A program made the translations under genes and the position numbers. From assembly GCF_001194135.2 (NCBI RefSeq), contig NC_068995.1:35625663-35689662 (forward strand): a stretch of DNA of 64,000 bases. The letters are read 5' to 3'. This DNA comes from Octopus bimaculoides (taxonomy: Eukaryota). Position 1 is the first letter of the stretch. Each line of letters starts with the position of its first letter. Below the pieces are notes generated by a model, which did no database searches, was not told where the DNA came from, and saw nothing but the letters and a program-made list of their open reading frames with translations. Below are positions 24,017 to 37,398 of this stretch, one piece after another.

Positions 24017-24403
24017 GTGGAGGTGCAATGGCCCAGTGGTTAGGGCAGCGGACTCGCGGTCATAAGATCGCGGTTTCGATTCCCAGACTGGGCGTTGTGA
24101 GTGTTTATTGAGCAAAAACACCTAAAGCTCCACGAGGCTCCGGCAGGGGATGGTGGCGAACCCTACTGTACTCTTTCACCACAACTTTCTCTCACTCTTA
24201 CTTCCTGTTTCTGTTGCGCCTGTAATTCAAAGGGTCAGCCTTGTCACACTGTGTCACGCTGAATATCCCCAAGAACTACGTTAAGGGTACACGTGTCTGT
24301 GGAGTGCTCAGCCACTTGCACGTTAATTTCACGAGCAGTTTGTTCCGTTGATCGGATCGACTGGAACACTCGACGTCGTAAGCGACGGAGTGCCAACAAC
24401 AAC
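24017..24403 (+). mobile_element. SINE family C, full length, 11-bp TSD
   Basis: TSD attgaattcta at 24006-24016 and 24404-24414; near-identical to 15723-16106. Confidence 0.93.
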
Positions 24404-24529
24404 ATTGAATTCTAACTGGTTTGTTGGTCCGATCGTTGTCTTCTATGTAAGGTTTGGGGCATACTTGAACGGGGTTGAACATTGTTACTTAGCAGAAAAG
24501 ATTTGCAATATTAAGTTACTATAAGTTGC

Positions 24530-24736
24530 TGAATTGGCAGAATCGTTAGCACGCCGGAAAAATTGCTTAGCGGCGATTTGTCCGTCTTCACGTTCTGAGT
24601 TCAAATTCCATCGAAATCGACTTCGTCTTTCATCCTTTCGGGGTCGATAAAATAATTACCGGTCGAGCACTGGGCTTCATGGAATCGACTGGCCCCTACC
24701 CCGAAATTTCTGGCCTTATGCCAAAATTTGAAATCA
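24530..24736 (+). mobile_element. SINE family A
   Basis: gaattggcagaatcgttagcacgccgg..catcctttcggggtcgataaa..ccaaaatttgaaa. Confidence 0.85.
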
Positions 24737-25141
24737 GTATTAACTTACTCTAATACATTGTATGATGAACTTTGTTATCTTATGATTCCGATTTACAGAA
24801 AGATGAACGAGACAACCGTAATAGTGATAGATAGATTGGTGTTTTTAGTGGAACACAAATTAAGGAAACTCTTATTAGGTGTTCGATATATAGTCAATAC
24901 AGCCATGTGTGGAGCTTACTTTACAAAAGAAAAAACAATTCAAGCAATACATTTTACTAATTTCAATTCATTTATTTCATTTTCTTCATTGCACTCAATA
25001 AAACCTTTAAAATGGCTTCAAAATACACGAACAGTTTGAGACAACAATAGATCAATAAAATGTAAAAAAAATTATCCAACTTTGTAAATAGGCATGAAAC
25101 AAAAACAATAGGAAATCAGAAATTTTATAGCCTTTCATTAC

Positions 25142-25240
25142 CTTTCTAAGTATAATAACGGCTTCTGTGGAATTCCTAGCACCAGCTAGGAACCTAAATA
25201 GTTTTATCCGGAGCTTAACTTTACTCATTGCGATCACGAC
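25142..25240 (-). CDS. Candidate 99-nt phase-0 coding exon of an unidentified host gene
   Basis: ttttccag acceptor and aag|gtaatg donor; open only in phase 0: VVIAMSKVKLRIKLFRFLAGARNSTEAVIILRK. No homology recognised. Confidence 0.25.
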
Positions 25241-26047
25241 CTGGAAAACTCGTTAATTGAACTTTAAATCGTATTTAATGGAAGACGTACGTAACAACAG
25301 ACTAATACATGTATAAACATACATATATGTGTGTGTTAGAGAGAGGTGAAGAAGGAGAGAGGGATGAAAAGAAAGAGGGAAAATAGAGAGAGAGAGAAAT
25401 GTGTGTTCTGTATCACTGAAGAATAACAATGGAAGTTTTATTGTCTGCTAATCCATATTCTGTCCCTTGAGAGTGACTACTATTTGGCTAGTATATATNN
25501 NNNNNNNNNNNNNNNNNNNNNNNNNNNNNNNNNNNNNNNNNNNNNNNNNNNNNNNNNNNNNNNNNNNNNNNNNNNNNNNNNNNNNNNNNNNNNNNNNNNN
25601 NNNNNNNNNNNNNNNNNNNNNNNNNNNNNNNNNNNNNNNNNNNNNNNNNNNNNNNNNNNNNNNNNNNNNNNNNNNNNNNNNNNNNNNNNNNNNNNNNNNN
25701 NNNNNNNNNNNNNNNNNNNNNNNNNNNNNNNNNNNNNNNNNNNNNNNNNNNNNNNNNNNNNNNNNNNNNNNNNNNNNNNNNNNNNNNNNNNNNNNNNNNN
25801 NNNNNNNNNNNNNNNNNNNNNNNNNNNNNNNNNNNNNNNNNNNNNNNNNNNNNNNNNNNNNNNNNNNNNNNNNNNNNNNNNNNNNNNNNNNNNNNNNNNN
25901 NNNNNNNNNNNNNNNNNNNNNNNNGACGTCGGTGGTTTAAGATATTGACTATTTGAATATCCTTCCAAACATCTGATATTCTTTATTACCAACCCTGACT
26001 GACGGTAAAACACAATACATTATGGTAATAAATACAGCAAATAAGCT

Positions 26048-26102
<55 letters not shown>

Positions 26103-26974
26103 TATGGACACTGCAATTATATTCTAGTAATTGTTTGAATGTGAATAATACATTGATTGTGTACATATGTGCGTCAAAATCCCATTTTATGCATCCATGT
26201 TTAAGTATGTGTTTCTATTCAAATGTTTTTATGTTCGTTAACAGATCAGTTACTGTATTCATGATTCGTTAGGTAGGCACTGATGCTTGGCTGTTCTATG
26301 TTTGTGGATTCCAATTACGAATAAAATCATGTTAATTAGTGCACCGATTATTCCTGTCGTCGCTCTAAGTTCAGAAGTTCATATTTCTCTTCAGCAGATG
26401 GGTTAGTGCTTTCGTTTGTTGGCGCCGTCGTATCAGGAAGAGATGGTTGGTGAAACTGGTGCTATAGAGCTCCATATCACTAATTAATAACACCATATGA
26501 ATGTCTTTGTAGATCAACGAACTACTCAGAAATAATTGATAAATCTTCATTACCACATCCCATCCTAAAACAAAATACCGTAAAATGGAGCCTACGTTTC
26601 CAACTCAATAATCAGCCAAATCGATTAATGGATGGCTCTCGTTCGTTTATACTGATTACCCATGTCGTGAAATATATCTTAAATCAACCCCTTTGGGACA
26701 AACGACTGACAGGGAAAATTACCTGATATTGAGTCATTCCTGATCCACACATCATCAATCATGTATATTTCGATCGGCTGACGAAAATCAGTTCTCCAGC
26801 AGAAACAGTCTGGAAGAAATAAGTAACTGCTCCGTAACCTAACTATTGCGAAATGACAAACACTATACGATTTTGTGCAATACCATTTTTTTAATTACAG
26901 ATTTACACTCTATTGTTTTGTTAAACTAATCTCGTCTAATTATTCTAAATCTACTAATCGCTATTACTCGATCC

Positions 26975-27275
26975 GACTGCGTGGCATCTTAGGCAAGTAT
27001 CTTCTACTATTGCCTCGGGCGGACCAAAGCGTTATGAGTGGATTTGGTAGACAGAAACTGAAAGGAGCCGTGTGAGTGTGTGTGTGTGTGTATGTGTGTG
27101 AGTCACCACCGCTTGACAATCGGTTTCTGATGTGCTTAAGTTCCCGTAATTTAGCAGTTAGGCAAAAGGATCGATAGAATAAGTATCAGGACTTGAAATA
27201 AATTCGACTAAAAATTATTCAAGGCGGTGCCCCAGCATGGCCGTAGTCTAATGAATGAAATAAGTAAAAGATAAG
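26975..27275 (+). mobile_element. SINE family B (5-prime truncated)
   Basis: ggcaagtatcttctactattgcctcgggcggaccaaagc..ggatttggtagacagaaactg, internal (TG)n, and B tail. Confidence 0.8.
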
Positions 27276-27349
27276 AGTTAGAAGTATTCCCTATTTCAAA
27301 ATCATTAAATTTTCTAATCCTTATCACTAACGAAGATTATGAAGATGAT

Positions 27350-27563
27350 AAGACGGCAAGATGGCAGTATCGTCAGCACGCCAGGCAGAATGCTTAGCAT
27401 CATTTCGTCCGTCTTTACGTTGTGAGTTCAAATCGCGCCGCGGTCGACTTTGCCTTCCATCCTTTCGCGGTCGATAAATAAGTACCAATAGAGCGCCGGG
27501 GTCGATTTAATCAACGTACATCCTCCCCTTGAATTGCTGGCCTTGTACCAAAATTTGAATCCA
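27350..27563 (+). mobile_element. SINE family A
   Basis: Head, B box and gtcgactttgccttccatcctttcgcggtcgataaa block. Confidence 0.85.
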
Positions 27564-27897
27564 ATATTACGAAGATGATGGACACGAACATAAGCATTTT
27601 TATTACTCCGAGTATCTATCTTTTTTTTCATTGACCAATTGCATGTTTTGTTCCAGGTCAGTTCCATTTAAACCGTTTTTTTTTTCCACATCAAACAGAT
27701 GTTAACTCCCACAAAATCAAAATTGTTTTCATCGAATATATCCGGCAAAAACTACCTGCCTATATGCGCTACTAAGTTCTAATTAGCTGTTATATTAGAA
27801 ACTTCCTGTTATGCCGCTCATCCCACCTTCATCACATTTCTTGTTTCATTAACAACCTATTGTATGTAATTTGTGACGTGGTAATTCATATATGTAC

Positions 27898-27990
<93 letters not shown>

Positions 27991-29115
27991 CATTTGAGCG
28001 TGAGTGTACTTATAAATGAATAAGTAAAACTTGTAGAAAGACAATTATAACCAAGGTATGAAATGCTTTCAATAAATATGGGAGAGAAGCTATTAACATC
28101 AATTGATGTTAATTAATGGAGATTTTGTGGGTGTGTTTGTGTGCATGTGCCCATATTCTCGGGAGCATTGCTTACTGTGTGTCTGTAGCTATGGTTTCAA
28201 GAATACGTTTCTTTTTATCCTTGTGAATAAAAGAAGTGCCTGAGTATTGTACTTGTATTTCTAGAATAGTTTGAATGTAAATAATAAATCATTGTATTGG
28301 GAAATGGCTATTAAGTTTACACACGCCGACACACACACGCATTTACTTGCGTGTGCGTGTATGCCTCCGTGTGTGTATGTCTGTGTATATGTATGTCTGT
28401 GTGTGTGTGTCTGTGTGTGCGTGTGTTCGTATGTACATATATACATGTATGTATGTATGTATGCATGTATGTATGTATATATCAGGTACGTTCAGGTTTA
28501 TATAATTCGAGTACGCGGTGATAGCCTGAATGACGCATGCTAAAAATTCTGAATGAATTGAAATTTGCCTCTTAATTGGAAAAGAAATCAAAGACCCAGT
28601 GGTCATTGCTAGCTTTTCTCTAAGAAAGAAAAACGTAATTTATAAGAATTAATAAGAAATAAAAAGTTAATTCTGCAGAAAATTGAATTTTCAAACTTAA
28701 AGAATATCTGAATTACATACTTCGATATATTTCGTTTTCATAAGAGGCCAGAAATTTTTACAAATAAAAAAAATATAAAAAAAGACTAACAGATTTTTCA
28801 GCTAGTATAACTTGTATAATTTGTATAATTAGAATAATTACAAAAAACAAGGTAAGCGAAATAATTTAGATGACCAGCGGCATCAACTCAAATACATTAG
28901 AGAATACTGAAATGGCTAGATTTTTATGTGTTGCTTCTCCGAATAAAAAGTATCGAAGTCTACCTGATTTATCGTAATTTATACCATCGGCCCATTTCAA
29001 TTATTTCCCTTGGATGAAATGTTTCAGAAATTATGCATCAAACACAAGCCATAATTTTTCTTCTAGCTATAAACATCCCTGTTCACTGGTCAACGTAGGC
29101 TTGACAATATCAACA

Positions 29116-29324
29116 TCAAATTTTGGCACAAAGCCAGCAATTCCAGGGATGGAGTACGTTGATTACATCAACTCCAGTGTTCTATTGGTACTTATTCTAT
29201 TGACCCCGAAAGGATGAAAGGCAAAATCGACCTCGGTGGAATTTGAACTCAGATCGTAAAGACGGACAGAATGCCGCTAAACAATATGCCCAGTGTGCTA
29301 ACGATTCTGTCAGCTCGCCACCTT
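29116..29324 (-). mobile_element. SINE family A
   Basis: Full reverse-complement match to the family consensus seen elsewhere in the window. Confidence 0.85.
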
Positions 29325-29464
29325 CCAGTTTTTTCCAATATCGGTTTCAAATTTTGACACAAGGCCAGCTCATCGTCTTAGGCCAGACAATATCATCTTT
29401 TGCCTTATAACAAGACCAAAGTTTTCACTTCAGCTTTATATTCAATTTTCTGTAACATAAATTC

Positions 29465-29700
29465 TTTAACTTTTATCATTTACTTGTTTCAATCATTGGA
29501 CTGCCGCCATTCTGTCACACATACCCGCTTGAAGGGTTTAGTTGAACAAATTGAGCCCAGTACATAATTTTTCTAAGTCTGGCACGTATTATACCAACCT
29601 CTTTTTTATCGAACTATAAGTTACGGGGGTGTAAACAAGCTAACATGGAGGTGGGGAACAAACACAAACACAAAGTCACACGCATGCACGTACACATACA
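29465..29700 (-). mobile_element. SINE family B tail
   Basis: ttacttgtttcaatcattggactgccgccat..ttgaagggtttagttgaacaaattgagcccag. Confidence 0.7.
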
Positions 29701-29721
29701 TATATATACAGATACACAAAG

Positions 29722-29760
<39 letters not shown>

Positions 29761-30074
29761 GACATGTGTGTGTGTATTCCACAAATTTAACTAAAATACA
29801 ACAAACGGAAAATTCGTTGCTAATTTCTCATCAGTCAACGTCCAAAAGATCATTACAATTTCGCGCCTTTAACAGTGATATTGTTTACCTTTAATGGTGC
29901 CAGCGGTGAGAAGCTACTAGGTATAGCTAACGAACGTACAGGGCAATGGCGTAAACAAACACGACAAAATAAAATAATTGTACATATGCAATGAAAATAG
30001 GCCGTGCAACCGAAAGTCGGACAAAAATGAGGTAACGCAAAGGAAAAATGAAAATGTTCTATAGGAGTGGTAAC

Positions 30075-30215
30075 GACGAGTTTCTTTCGGTTTCCGTCTA
30101 CCAAACACACCCAAACTCATAAGGTGTTGGCCAGTGCTGGACTACAGTTGAAGGTACTCATCCAAGGTGCCAAACAATGGAACTGAACCCAAGACCACAT
30201 GATTGGGAAGCACCA
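30075..30215 (-). mobile_element. SINE family B head
   Basis: gtttccgtctaccaaa..ccaaggtgcc..ggaactgaacccaagaccacatgattgggaagc. Confidence 0.7.
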
Positions 30216-30227
30216 ATTCACACAGCT

Positions 30228-30547
30228 AAAGTTGTTAGTGAATGGCACGAGGAACATTCTAGTGAAGCTGAACATCTTATCTGGCCACCACAGTCCCCAG
30301 ATCTCAATATTATTGAGCATTTATGGTGCATTTTAGAAAAACAAGTAAGGAGTCGATATCCTCCACCATCATCACTACAAGAACTGGAGACTGTTCAGTT
30401 GAAGAATGAACAAAAATTCAAACTTTGTACAAGTCCATACCTCGTAGAATTGAAGCTGTGATTACTGCCAAAGTCGGTCCTACCTCATATTAAAATAAAT
30501 ATGTTTGAAATTTTAAGCTGTTTCCATTATTTTGTCCAACCACTGTA
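30228..30547 (+). pseudogene. Tc1-like transposase C-terminal relic with 3-prime TIR
   Basis: WPPQSPDLNIIEHLWCILEKQVR (W-PPQSPDLNPIE motif); ends tttccattattttgtccaaccactgta. Confidence 0.88.
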
Positions 30548-31319
30548 TATATAGAGTAATGAAAAGGCGTATAGGGAGGTAAAGCCGAAGATTGAGTATA
30601 GAAGAGAGAAATATAGCGAAAGATAAAAATAATTGCACTGTTAATGGACGAAGAGAACATAGGGATAATGTTATGGCGAAGGTGGTACTATAGTTAAATA
30701 AGGAGAACAATAGGGAAAGAGGCTTTTATGGAAGGGATAGAGAGAAGTGTTAGAAAGAGAAAGGTATGTAGAAGATTGAGTGACGATTTAAATGGACATT
30801 AAATGGCAGTAAGAGAAAAGAGAGTTACGGAAATGATATTGTAAGGATAAGCAGAATTGAATCCATTCGCCAGGCAATTTCTTGTATCTTAAAGATAGCG
30901 CTCGATTATAATTCATAAAATGTTATGGGTTTGTTATTGTAGTTGGCGTTGTTGCACTTGGTAGTGGTGTTGGACTACGCAGCTGTTCATGGGAATACAT
31001 ACTATTTGATCATACAAATAAAATAAGATAAAATGTTCTGAGACAGAGAGGAGAGAGGGGATGGATTGCCGGATGGATGGATTGAAATGAAATTGTGGAG
31101 AATTTTTAAATTCGACCAAAATTAGGTTATGTGCTTGATAATTAAAATGGTTTTTCCTCTCTTGATCGGTACATCACTTTAACTGCGTCAAGCTTTAGTT
31201 TACGTATCATATAAGGTTTCAACATCGTCATCATCAAAATAATACAGTGAAAAGATGAACGTTAGAGATATGCTCGAAAAGTTGTTAATGTTACAGAAAT
31301 AACACGACATACAGCGCAA

Positions 31320-31356
<37 letters not shown>

Positions 31357-31399
31357 ACACGACATATAGCGCAACACACTGTCTCTCACATACACACAT

Positions 31400-31485
<86 letters not shown>

Positions 31486-31933
31486 CTATAATAGCAAGTT
31501 CAGGAAGTAATAAATGTTTGTGCCTTTGTCAAATACTACCATGGATTTTCAGTACTACGTGCAGAACAGTCATTCATAAGTACAAGATTTATTGGCAAGA
31601 TATAATTGTTGTTAGTCTTTTGGCGAAAAGAAGGCGAAATACTTATAACAGAACAAAATTTAATCCAAGGAAATTACACTCCTTGATATATATCGTAAAT
31701 AAAATTCGTTAAAAAATACCCGAAATATAGAAGTTCACCTCTCCATGCGACACAAGAGCTTGTTTTATGGTACAAGATAGTTTTAAGCAATTAGGGAACT
31801 ATAACAACTTAATTTGATTGACTTATAAACATAATAATCAGGAATTGGATGTGGCATAACTCACTTGGTTAACGCTACTTATTTTTATCATATTCTCCTC
31901 TTCCAAACGTCCATCTTAAAATATGAAAAACAC

Positions 31934-32345
31934 TGATTTCAAATTTTGACACAAGGTAATTTAGCGGGAGGGACAAGTCAGTTACATCGACCCCAGTGTT
32001 CAACTGGTATTTACTTTATCGAGTTGGAAAGGATGAAAGGCAAAGTCGACCTTGGTGGAATTTAAAATCAGAACGTAAAAACGGATGAAATGCCGCAAAA
32101 CATCTTACCCAGCCTACTAACAATTCTGCCAGCTCGCTGCCTTAAACTATTGGTTTCAAAACAATTTGCACATGGACAAATTTCGGGGAGGGGTTAAGTC
32201 TATTACTCCGACCCCAGTGCTCAACTGATATTTATTTTGTCATTCCTGAAAGGCAAACGCAACCGTGGTGGAATTTGAACTCAGAGACAGACGAAATACT
32301 GCTGTCTTACCCGACATGCTACCAATTCTGCCAGTTCACCGACTT
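31934..32345 (-). mobile_element. Two head-to-tail SINE family A copies
   Basis: 31934-32143 and 32151-32345 each contain tail, central block and head. Confidence 0.8.
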
Positions 32346-32749
32346 AAAATATAAAAAATGTTAATTACTAGTTGAATTACTAGTTGAATGCAGTAAAACT
32401 GAATGAGAATCACATAGGTTAACAGTCTACATTCTGATCCTTTAATCATTGAAGCGGTCTCCAACCATTTTTATCACAAATTATATAAAAGTAAGTTCTG
32501 AAACATTTTCTTCAATCGAAATGATTTCTTCGGTTAAATATATCTCTTTAAAATCTCGTTGTTAAATCTACACAACCAGACGATTTACTCTGGGCATTGA
32601 TTGTTTAAAAACGATTTGAAGAGGAGATTGGCTGTTGTTTTGATTGAAGCAAAACCATCTGTGACTCGAGACGGTAGATTCTAGATACTTCTGTCCTTAG
32701 ATGCGCATACTCAAGCAAAAATATTTTAGCGAAATGTTACATATAGATA

Positions 32750-33137
32750 GTGGAGGCGCAATGGCCCAGTGGTTAGGGCAGCGGACTTGCGGTCATAGGA
32801 TCGCGGTTTCGATTCCCAGACCGGGCGTTGTGAGTGTTTATTGAGCTTAAACACCTAAAGCTCCACGAGGCTACGGCAGGTGATGGTGGCGAACCCTGCT
32901 GTACTCTTCCACCACAACTTTCTCTCACTCTTTCTTCCTGTTTCTGCTGTACCTGTATTTCAAAGGGCCAGCCATGTCACACAGTGTCACGCTGAATATC
33001 CCCGAGAACTACGTTAAGGGTACACGTGTCTGTGGATTGCTCAGCCGCTTGCACGTTAATTTCACGAGCAGGCTGTTCCGTTGATCGGATCGACTGGAAC
33101 CCTCGACGTCGTAAGCGACGGAGTGCCAACAACAACA
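32750..33137 (+). mobile_element. SINE family C, full length, 11-bp TSD
   Basis: TSD acatatagata at 32739-32749 and 33138-33148; (AAC)n tail. Confidence 0.93.
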
Positions 33138-33269
33138 ACATATAGATAATTATACACGCAAATACACACACACACACACTGACACTCACGCACGCACGCA
33201 TGCACGTTCATACACAATACATACATACACGCATTATATTGTTCACGTGTATGCTTCAATCTGCGATTT

Positions 33270-34165
33270 TTATCATAGTCAGGAAGCTGGAAGAAAATTT
33301 ATGAGCTTGTGCATGAGGATCGTTTGAGGACTATCAATAACATTGCTGATGTTTTCGGTCTGTCGTATGGGTGCGTGCAGGCAATCCTAAAGTCTGAATT
33401 GAACATGCGGCGTATCTCTGCCAAGTTTGTCCCCCGCCAGCTGACCACTAAGCAGAAAGAATATCGCATCGAAGTCTGTCAAGATCTCCATCAGCGTACC
33501 GTTTGTGACCCATCCTTTATGTCGATGATCATCACCGAGGACGAGAGTTGGGTCTACAGGTAAGACCCCCTAGACGAAGCAGCAGTCGTCACAATGGAAC
33601 AGCCCTTCATTTCCATGACCGAAGAAGGCACGACAGAGCTGCTGCACAATCTAGAGCATATTCATCGATTTTTACGTTATCCGCGGTATTGTGCATCGAG
33701 AATTCGTCCCCCAGGGCCAGACTGTTAATCGAGAATTCTACTGCGACGTTTCGCGGTGTTTGAAAGAGGACATTAGGCGAAAGCGACTGGGTCTGTTGAG
33801 CGCGATGGATTGAATCTATCACGACGACAATGCACCTTGTAACCGACCTCTCCTCACTCGTGAATTTCTAGCCAAAAACAACATGGTATCGCTTCTGTAC
33901 ACGTCCTATTCACCACTTTTAGCACCTGCGGACTTCCATCTCTTCCCCAGAATGAAAATGCAGTTCAAAGGTCACCGTTTTAACACCATTGTCAAAATCA
34001 AGAGTGAATCACAGAAGGTCCTCGACTCGCCTACGGATAACAACTTACAGACCGGATTCCAAAAGTGGCAGCAACACTGGGACATATGCATTGTGTGATG
34101 TTAAAACTTAGGTAAATAAGTTTTTTTTTTATTAAACATAACTAGTCCGGAACCTTTTGATTCCT
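33270..34165 (+). pseudogene. Mariner (DD34D-type) transposase relic lacking its left end
   Basis: RRISAKFVPRQL, IITEDESWVY, EFVPQGQTVNREFY, HDDNAP, YSPLLAPADFHLFP; TIR remnant agtccggaaccttttgattcctc. Confidence 0.9.
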
Positions 34166-34202
34166 CATTGTGTGTATGTATATATGTGTGTGTGTGTATA
34201 TG

Positions 34203-34272
<70 letters not shown>

Positions 34273-34553
34273 TGTGGATATACAATTAAGATTTAGCTTA
34301 ATTAGATGCTTAAATTGCGGTACCTTGTTAGGTCGGAGTAACAGGCACACCCACATATATCAAAATCGGTGCAGAAGTGCCAGCACCTAATATTCTTGCA
34401 GTGTATGCAGATAATAGCATTCAGCTCTTGGCTATTCAGACATGTGCTTTATATTATACTTTATATATACTTTATAAAACACTTGATATATACTCTATAT
34501 TAAAATACTTTCTATAATATTTCTGAAACGCTGATTTCACGATAGGTGAATAA

Positions 34554-34904
34554 AGTATAAATGAGTAACAAAGAGTTACAGGTTTCAATTCATTACGGCC
34601 GTTTCAAGCGATTCCTTTACTTGAGTAATGAAAACATTACATCATTGCAAAGAAACCGTTTTCGTCAGATGATTGTATGAACTTCAAACATTGATTCTGC
34701 CAACTGAATAGCAGCGGAATCAATGTAAATATTTTAGCCCCATGGAGTTGTGACTGTGCTAAATCAGTCGAATTGTTCTTTATTTTTGAAGTTCATGCGG
34801 TCATCTGGCGAAGACGGTTTCTTTGTAAATCAATCAATTAAAGGAATCGTTTGAAACAGCCGTAATGAATTGACACCTGTACCTCATTGTTACTCATTTA
34901 TACT
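34554..34904. mobile_element. Fold-back MITE with ~120-130-bp terminal inverted arms
   Basis: agtataaatgagtaacaa..tgaacttcaaa (34554-34688) is inverted at 34785-34904 (tttgaagttcat..ttactcatttatact). Confidence 0.85.
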
Positions 34905-35224
34905 ATAAAAGTTAGCACTCACGCTCATAATACATAGGCATTTGAATTACTTTTTTTTATAACCCAGCCGTCTTTTCACACGGAATTTCGTCTATCTTTA
35001 AAACAAAACTCTGATGAGACTTATGTAAGTGAATTGAATTGTTTGTAAATCAAATAATGTATATAAGTCGAAACAAACTGTTGGCTCTTTTGGTTTTCTA
35101 ATGATTTTTTTATGTTATATTATATTATATTCATAGCATATTATGTTATATTATAATGTAAATAAATTATTGGATTATCAATTGAAGCTCTCTTTTTAAT
35201 TTATTGTTTAATAGGTGTATACAT

Positions 35225-35243
35225 GTATATATCATTATTATTA

Positions 35244-35321
<78 letters not shown>

Positions 35322-35348
35322 TTGTTGGTGGTGGTGGTGGTGGTGGTG

Positions 35349-35411
<63 letters not shown>
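35225..35411 (+). repeat. Compound microsatellite (ATT)n-(AGT)n-(GGT)n-(AGT)n
   Basis: Seen directly. Confidence 0.95.
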
Positions 35412-36027
35412 CAAAATAAATTAAGGAAACCCGTCGGCCATATTATCTTGCAGCAATCTATATATAGACTCTTTTAGTCATTTGCTCCCTACCTTCTTTG
35501 AATATCTGAGTGTAAATTCGTTTGCGTCTCTGGGTTCTCTGTTTGCTAGTGGGGCTTTCTTGGTTTTTTGTTTTGTTTTGTTTTGTTTTATTTTGTCTTT
35601 TTGCATTTGATTAATTTACATCACGATGAAAATAAGGAAGTTATGGAGGGGATATACCTCATCCATGCAGTTAGGGTGTGTCTGGTGGTACCATGTTACA
35701 AGCATCTAAGACCGCCTACACAAAAGGCGTGGTGAAAGAGCGTTTTAGAGAATAACTCTTTGAGATATGGTCTGAACCCTTGAAATTCACTTCCTGCCTG
35801 CCAGTACTTATTGCCGGTTTGATTTGTCACAACTTGTATGTAGGCAGTAATGATTCATACTAACTTTTAACATTAGCTAACGCAACGTAACAGCCACCTT
35901 TTCAATTAACTTCGTTTTTGTCATAGAATTTATCAATGCACCACGTGAAAATATGAAAATGTGGAAAGTAAGCTAGAGTAAAAAAATTGCACATACACAC
36001 ACATACACACTCATATGTATGTCTATA

Positions 36028-36404
36028 TACAGTGATACCTCGCAATACGAGTTTAATTCATTCCATGACCGAGATCGTCTTACGATTTACTCGTTTTACA
36101 AATGAATTTTCTCCATTGAAATTCACTAAAATATAATTAATCCGTTTCAGCCCCACAAAAGCCACTCAAAATAATTTTTTATGAGTTTTAAAACTGAGGA
36201 GGTGTAGTTACAAGTAAAATGACAATTATAGAAAAGAGACTGCAAAAGTGGTTTTATTAACTCAATTGCCTTAAAGATGGGACGATTTGAGTGCTCGTAC
36301 AGCGGATTTACGCTCGTACTTCAAGACAAAGATTCGCACGAGTCTCGGCTCGCACAGTAACTTACTCGTACAATGGTGCGCTCGTATGGCGAGGTTCTAC
36401 TGTA
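36028..36404. mobile_element. pogo/Tigger-like MITE, TA-flanked
   Basis: TIRs tacagtgatacctcgcaatacgag and ctcgtatggcgaggttctactgta (CAGT termini). Confidence 0.85.
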
Positions 36405-36599
36405 TATATCTTGAAGCATATCTGCAGTATTACAGTTGAGTATGTGGTTGTGTTGTTGTATTGATGTTATTCTGGAAATATTATTTGAAGAGTTATCTAT
36501 ATATAATAAAACATGAAACTGTGAATTTTCTGGTATTATTTATTTATCATTACACGTTTCATACATCCCCACACAGCCATACGCATACACACAGAGACT

Positions 36600-36922
36600 C
36601 ACATACACACACATACATACACACATATATACATACATACATACATACGTACATACATACATACATACATACATACGTACATACATACATACATACATAC
36701 ATACATACATACATACGTACATACATACATACATACGTACATACATACATACATACATACATACACACACATATACATACATACATACATACATACATAC
36801 ATACGTACATACATACATACGTACATACATACATACGTACATACATACATACATACGTACATACATACATACATACATACATACATACATACATACATAC
36901 ATACATACACACATACATACAT
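36600..36922 (+). repeat. (TACA)n microsatellite with interspersed TACG variants
   Basis: Seen directly. Confidence 0.95.
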
Positions 36923-37249
36923 ATGCATATATGCTTACATTCAGTTTGTTGTCAGTCTCTAATCAATTAAAACACTGTTCGATACTCGATGTGGTTGGTA
37001 ATAGTTTATCATCTGTAAATGAGTTAAATCTAATCCAATACTTCTTATTACATCCTGAAGAGAAGTTGGAATTAGCATATCATGCAATATAAATGCCCAC
37101 ACCACGGACGGATTTAGAAAGAACCAAATAGATATACTTAAGGAGTTAGGCTTAAGCATAAATACTATCATTAATTAAACAATACCAAGTTTCCTGGATA
37201 CATCTCTACAGAAAGCCAAATGAATATGTTGTATACAACCACAGGAAAG

Positions 37250-37398
37250 CAGCGGGCTTGGCAGAATCGTTAGCCGGGCAAAATTCTTAGCGGTATTTCC
37301 TCCGTCTCTACGTTCTGAGTGCAAATCTGCCGAGGCTGACTTTGCCTTTCATCCTTTTGGAGTCGATAGCTTGCTGGCCTTGTGCCAAAATTTGAAAC
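37250..37398 (+). mobile_element. SINE family A with internal deletion and ~12-bp TSD
   Basis: tatacaaccaca occurs on both sides (~37232 and ~37401). Confidence 0.8.

Noticed and set aside
26371-26556. Minus-strand ORF with ttttgttttag acceptor nearby
   Set aside because: Frames close early or lack a matching donor; no recognisable product.
15723-33137. Regular ~8.5-kb spacing of family C SINEs as evidence of a large tandem duplication
   Set aside because: The TSDs and flanks of the three copies are unrelated, so they are independent insertions.
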